64,000 bases of DNA from Octopus vulgaris. Taxonomy: Eukaryota. Numbering within the stretch: the stretch's first letter is position 1; every line of letters begins with the position of its first letter. Positions 38,520 to 52,027 of this stretch are shown here, in pieces. The stretch is from the NCBI GenBank assembly GCA_951406725.2, contig OX597817.1:76012001-76076000 (forward strand). Direction: 5' to 3'. A program made the position numbers and the translations under genes. Under the pieces are notes generated by a model that was not told where the DNA came from, did no database searches, and worked only from the letters and a program-made list of their open reading frames with translations.

Positions 38520-39120
38520 TAACAAGGTCTTTTCAGATTTTTATAGTCCAACATATCTTGCTCGTTTGTGGTGTATGAATTAAGGATTTGCATTCTCTCC
38601 CTAAGAACCCACGTTCTGCCTTACATTGCCTCATATGGGTTGGTATGTGTCCTGTTGCTTCAATAATCATAAGTACGATGGGGAAAATGTATCCTAAGCA
38701 CTGGATTTGCAAACTTCTTAATAATGGTCCATAGATGTCCTCTTTCTCTTGTATTTTTCTAACCACATTAGTGTCAAGAGGGCAGTTGATTTTCGTCTAG
38801 AAAATTGCGTAGTAAGGTCCCGTTTATTTTATATATGGCTGATATTTGGCCCACACATTTTCAGGTGGTCGACAAAGAAAAGATGAGAAATACTTCTGGC
38901 TCTATTTCCATGCCAGTGCATTGTGAGCAGGTATAACAGTGAGTTTAATGAGAAGGCTAAGAGAAACACCGACAGGCTATCACCGAGGAAGATGTAATGA
39001 ATGCTACTCGACTCAATTTGTTCCTTACGTCCCCTAAGGAGCAAAGTGGTATACTAAGTCTTGGTCAGGCGTTCAATAGAGCTCACTAGTGGTTGTGGGA
39101 CTTTGGCTAACTGTACGAAA
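38520..39120 (-). mobile_element. R4-like REL LINE remnant (RT piece joined to the REL end)
   Basis: IFLGDSLS..HLFFVDHLK, then INCPLDTNVVRKIQEKEDIYGPLLRSLQ..IIEATG. It is related to the 42000 and 53000 copies. Confidence 0.7.
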
Positions 39121-41141
39121 AATGGTTATTCAAGCGTTTCTTTTCATATTTACAGAGCACCCAATGTAAATTGGGATCAATAGTGGCTAAGTAATAGTTC
39201 CAAATTCCTCAAAACCCTGGAACTCCCGAACCTCTGGCCTCATTACTGGATGCAGCTTAAAATCTCACTAAAGACACTTGTTCTGATCTCAGGACTGAAT
39301 TAAGGTTAAAATGCCGTAGCCTCAACAAATCTTGTTTCTTTCTTATTAATAGTCCATTTAGCCGAAAGTATGGAAGTTCCTTGTAGTAACTTCCCGTAAC
39401 AATGTTGGTGAACTTTAATTAAGTCTTTATTAGTAAACTGCATTAAATATGCCAACCCTCTTAATTAACGCAGGGTTCTTTCCACCGGTCAAAAGAGGCC
39501 GGTGATCTGGTGCGAAACGCCAGGGCAAGGTCACAAAGATTCTACATTCCTACTTCGAATTACAGCCGAATGAATCATTTCATCCAATGGTCATTAATAT
39601 TGTGTAAGACACTAATTTATCGATTGCACATCTGCTTTGGCTGCTAAGAATTAGATTTGTCGAGAAACGATTGCAATGTGAATAGTTCGACTATAAGAGA
39701 GGAGACTCTGGAATGATCTGAAATCAGTACTGCAATTAATGAAACACTCGTTAGTTATATAGTGTATATAGTTTTACATACGTGACCAGATTATGGCATC
39801 GGTTTTACAGGAATGTTGAGTTTATTAATGAGTTTGAAGATACTTTATCTGTGGAAACGCAACAGTTAAATTTATCAGTACAACATTTTAAATTCATTAT
39901 TGAGGTGTAAATAGTGGTGTTTATGATTCTCCCCATGATCATTAAGGGCGTAAGGGACATGACATTATTGTAACTAATTGGGATTCGAAGCAGGATTACT
40001 GACCCGGCTCATCAGAAGCATAATTCAACTTTATGACTATTGTATTTGATTAAGTAGACGGATGATTGATTAACCGGCAATGAAGATTCAAATACCAAGT
40101 AATTTTATTTTATATAATATCAAATACAAAAACAACGCATTATGCCTGAGTGTATGACCTCCAAACCATATCGTTTGAAATACACCTACGTTTGGCGGAT
40201 AATTGTCTGGCTGATATACACCAAAATCATGTTCAGTCAGCCATTCATCTTTATACATATCATTCTGAATGTGAAAGGGGGCAATCGATTTTTATCTTCA
40301 TTGATATGAAAACGATTCATTTCTGTTCCGAATGTAATTAGGAATGATTGTTAGCAATGAACACAATGAAGTCTCTGGTTCACCACTTTTATAAAGAGAC
40401 TCCATCAACTTTGTAAGAAATCATTACGAGGAGATGCACAGAACATTCATATTTGTTTGAAAATTATTGTTTTAATTATACATTCATTCTAAGTTATGAG
40501 CGTCTTAATGTCGTTGTAATATCCTGGTAAAGAGATTGAAAAATTGTCGACTTCAGTTACACTTTTCTTTATTCTTTGAGTAATTAGACGCGAACTGTTT
40601 AAACTCTATTATAGTTCATTTAACTTAGAGCATAGCTCGAAATTTATTCAGATTTCTTTGCTCTCAACTGAGGAGAACATCATAAATCATCAACGATTCT
40701 ACTCGCTTTATACAACTTTAGCACTCTCCCTCGGCAAAAAACAATGTAAGCACGATCGGATACATGTCAATGTTTAACTTCAAGTCAGCTTTAATCCGGC
40801 AGACGTATGTTCAGAAAAATTTTAGCTATCATTCCTACGTAATTTTGTACATCAGGGACGACAACCCCAAAGTGTCCATCGTTTTAAAAAATGTTACTTG
40901 TCATTGAGAGAAGTTTTCACTGTTTTGCTGGATTATCGAAAAATATTATAGGATATCTTTCGTTGGCACCGCATAAGGGAAGGTATAAGTAACTGGCAAG
41001 AAGTAAGTATGAGATTCAATTGCAGTTCATGTAGATTTCGCTGCTTAGGAATAATATCTTTTGACTTTCTAGAAAGAAATGGGTTCACAATAGGAAAATA
41101 AAGGAAGAAAAATAAAGAAGAAAATTATGAAGAAATAGAAA

Positions 41142-41156
41142 ATAATAATAATAATG

Positions 41157-41214
<58 letters not shown>

Positions 41215-41243
41215 GATGGCAGAAATAATAATAATAATAATAA
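41142..41243. repeat. (TAA)n microsatellite
   Basis: Directly visible. Confidence 0.97.
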
Positions 41244-41578
41244 CGATATGTGCATCTCTGATCATGAGCAGAAGTAGTGGGGAGCATCATAGCATGTGTT
41301 GAGAAGGATTCTTTGGGTTTGAATAATTCACCTCTGGAAACATGGGTGTTTCGTCAACGTCCTTAAACAACCCTTATTCAGGGACCTTGAGCGGATGGGT
41401 TACTCGATCTGAAGAAAATTCTAACTGGGCTCCACCTGCAAGGTCAGTGCTGTTTATTTGATATGAGATCACCATGTCCGCACATATGGTTGTGATGATG
41501 CCTGGTGTCCTTATCAGACGGTAGTCATGATGGGTATACTGGGCTTCGTATATTACCCCAGTGTCACTTTGATAACTC

Positions 41579-41580
<2 letters not shown>

Positions 41581-41609
<29 letters not shown>

Positions 41610-41730
41610 AAGAAGAAGAAGAAGAATCAAAAGCAGAAGAAGAAGAAGAAGAAGAAGGAGAAGAAGAAGAAGAAGAAGAAGAAGAAGAAGAAGAAGAAGA
41701 AGAAGAAGAAGAAGAGCAACAACAACAACA
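41581..41730. repeat. (GAA)n polypurine microsatellite followed by (CAA)n
   Basis: Directly visible. Confidence 0.97.
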
Positions 41731-41997
41731 GTAACGACAAAAACAGCAATTATACTATTTAATTTATCAATAAGACTACTCAGTTGAAGGCGGCAAGCTT
41801 GCAGAATTATATATCCACATACATACTTACATGCATACATGTACATACATGTATACATGATTAGATTATGCAAGTGGCGAAAGAAATGCAAGGAGAATGC
41901 ATAAATTATTTTCACTGTACATCCACATGCACGTATATAAACACAATAATCATGTATAAACATAAAAATATACATACATACATACAAATCCGTAGAA

Positions 41998-42644
41998 TGT
42001 AACAACAGATGCAGACATTGTGGAGTTTACATTGAAGATATCACCCACTTCATAAGCATTTGTCTGAAAATGTTATCACGGTATTATCTACCGATGAGAC
42101 ATGACGTTGTATCTAGGACACTCTATAATGAAATCCGTCGGAAGGATAATCCCAAAGACAAAGAAATAAAAACCCACAATATGGTAGAAGCCATAGCCAC
42201 TTATAATGATAAGGAATATTGATGAAATGTACTAGTGAAGACCTCAATAAAATCTAAGCACAACAGACCTGATATAATGATTTGGGATAGAGAAGAGAAA
42301 CTGTGCACAGTTGTAGAAATTAATTGCTCGGCGGTTGTTAACATGAAGATGACGATCAGGAAAAAAGAGAACACCTATGCAGAACTATTGAGAAATCTAC
42401 AGTAACTCGATTCAAATTACAAGGTCAGGTTTATACATGTAAATATTGGGGCCCCGGGATATGCAACACACTGTCTAAATACCGAACTTGAGAAATTAGG
42501 CTTCTCAAAACCAGAAAGAAGAACGCTAATATACTGGAACTGTAAAAATCTGCAAAAATTACCAGAAGTTTATCATTTAAATATATATAATACCATTTTT
42601 AAATACTATGCATGAGAGTACAGACATAAAACATACAAATCTGC

Positions 42645-42675
<31 letters not shown>

Positions 42676-42790
42676 AAATACCCAGTTGTTGATGTTACAA
42701 TTCCAATGAAGGAGCCTTGGATCTAGGTTAGAAACCGGTTCTTTCTCTATTGGCAAGAAATCTTGAAATAAACTGAATAATGACATACAT
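41998..42790 (+). mobile_element. R4-like LINE 3' end: CCHC knuckle, REL endonuclease and 3' UTR with (CATA)n
   Basis: CRHCGVYIEDITHFISIC; RHD; NRPDIMIWDREEKLCTVVEINC; KENTYAELLRNLQ. Stop codons are present. Confidence 0.88.
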
Positions 42791-42849
42791 ACTATTATCT
42801 ATTTATTATTCTACCTTCACGGTGCTTTATTTGGCTGGAATGCTATTGT

Positions 42850-42896
<47 letters not shown>

Positions 42897-43271
42897 CATA
42901 TACATATATATACATACATGCATTTACACTCACACATATATACACACACATGCACACACACAAACGCACACATATTCTCATGCTTATCAATGCTTATTGT
43001 ATTCATATACATCTGAATGTAAAGTGCAAGTAATTTATGGCATTTTTTTAGCCATTTGCATAATCTAATCACGAAAATCCCTGTGTAATGTTATTGTATA
43101 ACAATATTTTCATATTTCGTTGTGTCGGGGTAGTGTCATTCTCTTTTAGTGTCTAATTATTGTTACTACTCGCCGGTAAATTTCCGGCAGAGTCAACGAC
43201 TAACGAAAAGGTTGCAAGACACAAAGAAAATCTTCGGAAAAATAAATAAATAAATAAATAAATAAAGGGCC

Positions 43272-43690
43272 TAGAGGTGACTGTGCGGTTAGTAGCTTGC
43301 TTACGAACTACATGATTCCGGGTTCAGTTCCACTTCGTAGAACCTTGGCCAAGTGTCTTCTACTATAGCCTCGGGCTGACCAAAGCCTTCTAAGTGGATT
43401 TGGTAGACGGAAACTGAAAGAAGCCCGTCGTATATATGTGTACACATATATGTATGTATGTGTGTATATGTTTGTGTATATGTGTTTTTCCTCCCAACAT
43501 CGCTTGACAACCCATGCTGGTGTGTTTACGTCCCCGTAACTTAGCTGTTCGGCAAAAGAGACCGATAGAATAAGTACTAGGCTTACAAAGAATAAGTCCT
43601 GGGGTCGATTTGCTCGACTAAAGGCGGTGCTCCAGCATGTCCACAGTCAAATGACTGAAACAAGTAAAAGAGTAAAGGAGTAAAAAAGTA
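43272..43690 (+). mobile_element. SINE family B, full-length copy
   Basis: Colinear with 29182-29587. Confidence 0.9.
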
Positions 43691-43903
43691 AATCAGTAGA
43701 AACTTTAACTGAGTATGGTAAGTAATAAGGCACTAAAAGGGAATGACTTTCCCCAGACACAACCTAATATGCTTCGACACACGAACTCACATGAAGAATC
43801 TTGCAAATCAAATCCCAAAACAAATTATTTTCATAAGACTCATTGTAAGTCCTCGAAGGCCAAAGTTACCAAGCTCTAATTAAAATCCAGTATGGTAAAT
43901 ATT

Positions 43904-44578
43904 CTTTTCTACTCTTGGAACAAGGACCGAAATTTTTGGGGAAGAGACCAGTCGATTAGATCGACACTAGTACGCAACAGCTACTTAATTTAACGATCCC
44001 GAAAGGATGAAAGGCAATGTCGACCTCGACGGAATTTGAACTCAGAACTTCAAGACAGACGAAATACCTATTTCTTTACTACCCACAATGGGCTAAACAC
44101 AGAGAGGACAAACAAGGACAGACAAACGGATTAACTCAGAACGTAGCGGCAGACGAAATATCTATTTCCTTATTACCCGCAAAGGGATACACATAGAGGG
44201 TACAAACAAGGACAGACAAACGGATTAAGTCGATTACATCGACCCCAGTGCGTAAATGGTACTTATTTAAACGACCTCGAAAGGATGAAAGGCAAAGTCG
44301 ACCTCGGCGGAATTTGAACTCAGAACGCAGCGGCAGATGAAATACCTGTTTCTTTATTATCCACAAGGGGCTAAACATAGAGGTTACAAACAAGGACAGT
44401 CAAACGGATTAAGTCGATTACATCGACCCCAGTGCGTAAATGGTGCTTATTTAATCGACCTCGAAAGAATGAAAGGCAAAGTCGACCTCGGCGGAATTTG
44501 AACTCAGAATGTAACGGCAGACGAAATACGGCTACGCATTTCGCCGGCGTGCTAACGTTTCTGTCAAGTCGCCGCCTT
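43904..44578 (-). mobile_element. SINE family C multimer (more than 3 units)
   Basis: Reverse complement of family C. The perfect 16-bp TSD cagtatggtaaatatt lies at 43888-43903 and 44579-44594. Confidence 0.92.
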
Positions 44579-44947
44579 CAGTATGGTAAATATTATTTGG
44601 CGTTTGAATGCCAGTGATAGATTCTTGGCATGCTAATAGGAAGTCAGTTCCTTCTCAAGAAAAACTCGACGTAAAAGAAAGCGTTCTAGCTAAAGTTATG
44701 TTTAACTTCCATTTGCACAATGCTGCAGGAAATGCAGAGATGAATTGTCTCTAATTATCGACAGATTTTGATCTTGATTTTGCAAATGGATATAGATGAA
44801 TCTGCATGTCGATATTCACATAATTGTATAAGCACTCATACATTCACATGCAGGTATGAAAATGTGCGCGTGCACACACATACACATAAAAATATATACA
44901 CATACACAAGCAGAACTGTATACATACATATATACACAGAAATATAC

Positions 44948-44990
<43 letters not shown>

Positions 44991-46145
44991 TCTTTAATAA
45001 TCGGCAGATGTTACAGAGAGACTGAAGGGCTGAGAGTTTCCTGCGTTGGCACTTATGAAGCTGGTTTTAATTGAAGGGGTCATATATGTGTATACCGGTT
45101 ATAATGACATTTTCCTGGGAAAAATATAAAATCCAATTGCCGTGTTATGTGTTTAATTCATATATTTGAAATGGTTTGCCCTTTATACCGATCAATAAGG
45201 AAAACAGAAAGATATATATATATATATATATGCATACGTATACACAGATAACAGATAGTATTAGAGAATATCAATGCAACATGTACATAAGCATGTGCTT
45301 ATATGCTTGAATATCTTCACAATTATGCATATTCATTGGTTCGTAGAAACCTTTACATAGAAGAGTATACATAGATGCTTGAACGTACGTAAAAATATCC
45401 GTATACGTACGTTTAAATACACATACGCACACTCACATAAACACGCATTTACAAACACGCGCACACCAGAACGTACACACACATGCACACACATATACAT
45501 ACATATGTAAACACACTCGTATATGTAGGTATTTATATTCGCGAATGGATATATATATATACACGGACACACATATGTACACACACACAAATTCAAACAG
45601 AAACACACACACACACTCTCTCTCTCACACACACACTCTCTCACACACACAAGCACAAAAACACACACACACACTCTCACACACACTCACACACGCTCAC
45701 ACACACACTTATATACATATGCAGAGATATACAAGTATCAGTATTAGATGAACAGGACAACATAAAATAAATAAATGAAATAAATATATATAAAATAAAA
45801 CAAGATGTATAATAAAATACATCTTGTTTTATTTTAAATAAGATGTATAAGATATATAAATACGATATATAATAAGACCTATAATGAGCATCTAATATGT
45901 TCTAAGGGATACTGATTAAATGTGGATGCACACATCTACATACCTGCCTGGATTCATATATACATGCACATGTGTACAAGCGTGGAACGTATATACACGA
46001 AATTACATACAAATACTGCAAAACAGGCACTCATATATCTGTTTGTGAATATACACGCGGAATAATTAGTTGCGTTTATGTTGGTTGGGACTGGATGGAA
46101 ATAAAAGTTTTATTTTCGGTGGGCCTGTGAATACTATAGAATTGT

Positions 46146-46177
46146 ATTGGTAGATGGAAACTGAAAGTAGCCCGTCG

Positions 46178-46258
<81 letters not shown>

Positions 46259-46539
46259 TTGTTTGTCTGTCCTTGTACCCCCACCATCGCTTGACAACCA
46301 ATGTTGGTGTGTTTACATCTCCGTAAATTAGTTGTTCGGAAAAAGAGAACGAAAATATAAGTACTAGGCTTACAAAGAATAAGTCCTGCGGTCGATTTGT
46401 CCGACTAAAGGCGGTGCTCCTGTATGGCCGCATTCAAATGACTGAAACAAGTAAAAGAGTAAATGAATATTATATATATATATATATTTCTATATATATG
46501 GCCGCATTCAAATGACTGAAACAAGTAAAAGAGTAAAAG

Positions 46540-46576
<37 letters not shown>

Positions 46577-46737
46577 TTTTACTCTTTTACTTGTTTCAGT
46601 CATTTGAATGCGGCCATACAGGAGCACCGCCTTTAGTCGGACGAATCGACCGCAGGACTTATTCTTTGTAAGCCTAGTACTTATATTTTCGTTCTCTTTT
46701 TCCAAACAACTAATTTACAGAGATGTAAACACACCAA
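46146..46737. mobile_element. 5'-truncated SINE family B followed by a local duplication and an inverted copy of its own tail
   Basis: 46304-46465 is the reverse complement of 46575-46737, and a short direct duplicate lies at 46497-46545. Confidence 0.9.
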
Positions 46738-46810
46738 ATAATATTTGTCTAATGACTAATTCGTCCTTTGTGCTGGGCCACTGGTAGTAATCTATATTAT
46801 TACCCTTTTG

Positions 46811-46861
<51 letters not shown>

Positions 46862-46865
<4 letters not shown>

Positions 46866-47022
46866 AGAATTCATAAAAACAAAAGACGATGGCAGGTAGT
46901 GTAGACAACAAACAGATGTATTAGTTTAACACTCGGGAACATTTCGAGCCTACGCTCTTCCACAGAAAGGTACACCGAAAGAAACAAGGAGAGAAAATAA
47001 AGAATGTGTAGTGGCTAGCGAT
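46862..47022 (-). mobile_element. Second copy of the cassette seen at 30997-31188, with a damaged hammerhead-like motif
   Basis: The minus strand reads ccttt-CTGTGGA-a-gagcgtaggctc-GAAA-tgt and shares ctaatacat..gtttgtt..cacct..tcgtcttttgttt with the first copy. It abuts (TA)n. Confidence 0.7.
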
Positions 47023-47034
47023 CACGTGGACCAA

Positions 47035-47830
47035 ACTTCTTTGATGTGCCAATACGCTGTTATGATGAAGCAGAGGTTTGGAAACTTGTAAACCTATTTA
47101 TTTTGGACAACATTGTATTTAGATTCAATATTCAACTTGACAGAGATAGGATTGTTCACAAGTGACAGCTTTATATTAACACGCAATAAAAATGGAGGAT
47201 CAGTCAGACAATCTTATAAAAGACTTAATGAACGAGTGCAGGAGCTTCGATTTCGAAATTACATTTACTACCAATGCTAGCTCAGTAAACTTCTTAGGCA
47301 ACACAATGAATCTAACGATAGGAATCTACTGCTCCTATATTAAAAATGATGAGGTCATAGATTGTATTAATAAAAACTCTAACCACCCACCTAACATCAT
47401 TAAAGAACTTGCCAATAGACATCATAAAAAATATCTAAAATTTAATCTAATAAGGAATTTTTTTATTTTGCTGCTATATTCTGAACGAAGGCCCGGAAAG
47501 AATCGGCTTTAGCGATATGATAAAATAAATCCTCAACGTGGAACGCTTAATGCTAACAAAATTAGTAAAAGAAAAAGCATATGGCTTAACGCCCACTTCA
47601 CTTTGAGCATTAAAAGGAATATTGCCAGCCCTTTTAAAGCTTAATAAACAAACAATTCCTTAGCAACCATAAATTTCACACATTTACAGTTGCAAAGACA
47701 AATTCGCCTCTTCGCTAGTCATAATTCATAGAAAAAATATAGAAATTACCCCTAACAATTGATTGTTCCAACCTTTCAATGCAAATACCGCAACAAAAGT
47801 ACATGCCCACTCAAAAGTAATTTCTTTAAA
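47035..47830 (+). mobile_element. Decayed Penelope-like RT
   Basis: FDVPIRCYDEAEVWKLVNLFIL (FDVTMG.YDGAEVCELVG); VNFLGNTMNL..INKNSNHPPNIIK; KRKSIWLNAHF; CKYRNKSTCPL. Confidence 0.8.
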
Positions 47831-47864
47831 ATTGATCAAGGATCCAACCAGATGGTGAGTCTAA

Positions 47865-48330
47865 TGTTATAAGTCTGTCCACCAAAGTCCCAACTGATGA
47901 AGTGCTATCGCTGATTCAAGAAAAAGATATGCGGCCCATAGGACAACAGGACAGTATTCAAGAGTAATACAGCACTTCGCAAATATTTCCTTCGAGTAAA
48001 ACCAACAACAGAAAAGAATATGACCAAAGACTGTGTGCACTCCATCCCATGCAGCTGTGGTAGGTTATAAAAAGGCGAAACCTGCCGCCCCTCAAAATAA
48101 GGGTCGAGGAACATCGTAAAGCTGTGACACGGGGAGATATTGATAAAGCGGGTATAGCAGATCATCTCCCTCTGTGGGATGAAGTTAGAATAATAAAACA
48201 GAGGACACCACTGGGAAATACGAAAACTAAAAGAAACAGCACATATGCTAGGACACAACAACCTCTTAAACATACCTAGTGCAGATATGAGTAGCATATA
48301 GGAACTGGTATTAAGGAAAGATAAGAAAAT
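47865..48330 (+). mobile_element. Penelope-like GIY-YIG endonuclease remnant (second family)
   Basis: MTKDCVHSIPCSCGRL*KGETCRPLKIRVEEHRKAV..KAGIADH..WDEVRII..RKLKETAHM. Confidence 0.85.
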
Positions 48331-48371
48331 ATTAGATTTATAAGCCCTAAAATTCACTCTATAATTGCCCA

Positions 48372-48430
48372 CGGGCGTATGACATAGTGGTTAAGAGTGC
48401 ACGCTACTAACCCTAAGATTCCGAATTCGA
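48372..48430 (+). other. tRNA-derived head fragment just downstream of the PLE ORF
   Basis: gggcgtatgacatagtggttaagagtgcacgctactaaccctaagattccgaattcga has A-box-like and partial B-box-like motifs. Confidence 0.55.
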
Positions 48431-48669
48431 ACAATAACAACAATAGTAATAATAATATCGAAAAATACCTTAGGAATGAGAATTCACGTTCGAAATTTCC
48501 CCAGGACACCTTAAAAATGCTGGAGAGTATGTCCGAAAGGTTGTATTAAAAAAAAAAAACAAGATGAGGACAAATACCCGTCAAATGTAAATAATGTATA
48601 TATTATATATACTTGTGTATGTGCGGGTATATATGTATAGGCGTATATGAGTGAGTTTGTGTGCGTGCA

Positions 48670-48704
<35 letters not shown>

Positions 48705-50554
48705 TTATTTACACACTGTTTACATATAGAAATAATTTTATTTTATTTAAAATCACACGCAATGTTAACAACATTTATTTACCATCTCCTCCTTACTACA
48801 AATATAGTTACATTTAACTGTACACTGACATCTGACTGCATATGTGGCATTATGTGTTTGTTTATATGCGCTCAACATTTATATGGGTTCAACATTCGGA
48901 CATATGTACATATGTATATGATTACAAGTATATATGTAGATATGTGTGCATCCACGTCTAATCATTATACATTAGAATCAACTAATTTCATTATCTTCCT
49001 CATCATATTTTTTAAATTTATTTATTTACTTAAGTTTATTTTTCCACTGTTCGTATGTGTATAAGTGTGTGCGTGGATATATATATATATATATATATAT
49101 GGGTGTTTGAGCATAGTCATACATGTAAGAATTTACACAACACACTCACATATACATATATGTACACGTGTGTGTATAAGTGTATGCATATGTATAGGTG
49201 TGTATGTATAAGTATATGCTTGTGTATACATGTGTGTATATATATAAGTATATATATATATACATATACTTGTGTATACATGTATATATATATATATATA
49301 TATGTGCATGTATCTTTGTATATTTATGTACATTTCATCTACGTGTGTATACTTTGGTTTCTATATCTTTTATACATAGCTGAGCGCTCACGCGCGTGTG
49401 AACTGATGAAGGTGCATGTGTTTGAATATATTCAAATCTATGTGCGTGTATTCATGTACGTACTTATATTCTCCGTACTTTCTTTTATGTGTGCAGATGT
49501 TTGCACATATATCTTTAAATATTCCTTATTTTTTTTCTTTTTTGAACGGCGTAACGTGCAAAGTATTTGAAAGATATGAATTATTCACTATTTCTATAAT
49601 TCCAGGACAAATATGCGTGCGTGTGCATTTGTGTTTGTATATATATATATATACGCACACAGACACAAGGTTAATTTGATGGTGGCCTCGAGTTTCTGCC
49701 TCTTCACCATCATTAGACTTCTTGACGTCAGTGATCAAGCCGAAACTTCGATTTCGTATTTAATCTCTTTCTCGTAAAAGTCAATATATATGTATCCCAC
49801 AAAATATCGAGTGACTCTTCTGTGAAAATTTGAATACGTTTTCATCCATAATTTCACATTAAACACACACACGTATATGTAACTCCTAAAAATGTATTAA
49901 GTGCCTCTTTAGTTTGTCCACTAACCCGTACGTACATATATACATACATACATACATACATACATACATACATACATACGTACGTACGTACGTACATACA
50001 TACATACATACATACATACATACATACATACATACATACATACATACATACATACATACATACATACACGCGCAACTGGTATTGTAACATCCTTCCTCTT
50101 ATCAGAACAAGAAATTGCATCACACAAACTTCAGATCAATGAATTCTTACCTGTTTGAATTTGAATTGGTTCTTGCTTTTTTCTTCTTTTGCTGTTTCTT
50201 CTGAAGAACCGCATTGCACTTCTATCACAAGATGGTACCTATGTTGGTTAATGTCTTGTGAGCTGTTCCGCTCAAAGCAACGCTTTCCGTTACTTGTGAT
50301 GACACCAACAATTAACCAGCATATGTTATGTGTGTCATTGAAGCTCAGGCTGGTTGTTATTCTATTTGGTACTACTCAAGAAAACGCCAGCAAAGAGCAA
50401 CTGTTTTAGAAACCTGTTGTTTTCCAGTCGTTCAACATGGACTATCCTAGGAATTCTGACTATATGTCTACCTCTCTCTCTTTCTCTCTCTCTCTCTCTG
50501 CCCCCTATCTCCCTCTATTTCATTGTCGGTCAGTCAATGTCTATTTGTTTTTCT

Positions 50555-50937
50555 GTGGGGGCGCAATGGCCTAGTGCATATGGCAGTGGATTCGCGGTCG
50601 TAGGATCACGGTTTCGACCCCCAAACCGGGCGTTGTGAGTGTTTATTGAGCGAAAACCCGTAAAGCGGAACGAGGCCCCCGGCAGGTGGGGGTGGCGAAC
50701 CCTGCTGTACTCTTTCACGACTATTTGCTCTCACTCTTTCTTCCTATTTCTCTTGTACCTGTATTTCAAAGGGACCAGCCTTGTCAGAATCTGTGTCACG
50801 CTGAATCTACCCGAGAACTACGTTAAGGGTACACGTGTCTGAGGAGTGCTTAGTCATTTGCACGTTAATTTCACGAGCAGACTGTTCTGTTGATCGTATC
50901 AACTGGAATCCTCGTCGTTGTAACCGACGGAATGACA
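50555..50937 (+). mobile_element. SINE family A, tail type 2
   Basis: Colinear with 35578-35945. Confidence 0.85.
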
Positions 50938-51002
50938 CGATTTGTTTTTCTGTCTGTCTGTTTGTCTGTCTCGTTTATGTACACACATATATGCATGCTT
51001 AA

Positions 51003-51054
<52 letters not shown>

Positions 51055-51289
51055 ATACACACATAATCAAAGTGTCCTTGGCCTTAGGAGTAGATTGTTG
51101 TCTACCCCTCGTTTGGATCATTTGCTAGTTCCGAAGTTCTGCTAGTTATGAAACATATGTAGCCTTGATTTTATCTACTCTATTCTCTAAATTTTTGATG
51201 TTTATTCGCTGATACAACATTCCCTGTTGCTAACCGTGAATTATAAAATTAACTTTTTTTCAGCTTCTTCTATCTCTGCTCTTCTCTCC

Positions 51290-51972
51290 ATTCTCGCGAA
51301 TTCATTTCATCCTTTTTGGATAGACTTGTAACTGGTGACGAAAAATGGATCTTGTATAGAAATGTTAAACGTCGTAAACAGTGGCTTGGTAAAAGGGAAA
51401 AAGCTCAACCATAACCGAGAAGGGAACTTAATGGGAAAAAGGTTCTTCTCTCAATCTGGTGGGATTGCAAAGGAGTAATTCACTTTCAATTGTTACCACC
51501 TAATGCAACAACCAATGCTCAAGTCTACTGTCAGTAATTAGAACCAAGTTTTGAAGAAAAAATAACCCGCTTTAGTGAATCGAGAAGGAGTGATGTTTCA
51601 TCAGGGCAATGCGCGACCCCACACTGCAAAAATTACATCACAGTTTATTGAAGAGCTTGGTTGGGAAAAAATTGCTCATCCAACTTATTCTCCCGACCTT
51701 GTTCCATCAGACTAACATTTGTTTCACAGTTTAAAGAATCATTTGGGGGACATAACTTTCGCAAGCCAGGAGGTCGAAACTAATATTACAGAGTTCTTCG
51801 CTTTTAAACCAAGAGTTATACATTGATGAGATTAAAAAGCTTGTAAATAGAAGGAAGAAAGTCATAGATAATCAGGGAAAGTACATTGATGATTAAATTT
51901 CAAATAAATATATCATTTGATCACTTGTTTTCTTTATTCAAAATTCGGACAGAACTTATGGGATGACCTGAT
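51290..51972 (+). mobile_element. Mariner transposon 3' half (DD34D catalytic domain and TIR), pseudogenised
   Basis: FLDRLVTGDEKWILY; KKVLLSIWWDCKGVIHFQLLP; FHQGNARPH; HPTYSPDLVPSD*HLF. The terminal sequence is acttatgggatgacctga. Confidence 0.92.
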
Positions 51973-51973
51973 G

Positions 51974-52021
<48 letters not shown>

Positions 52022-52027
52022 AAATCA

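Noticed and set aside
47905-48372. 155-aa minus-strand ORF
   Set aside because: It is the antisense shadow of the + strand Penelope GIY-YIG remnant.
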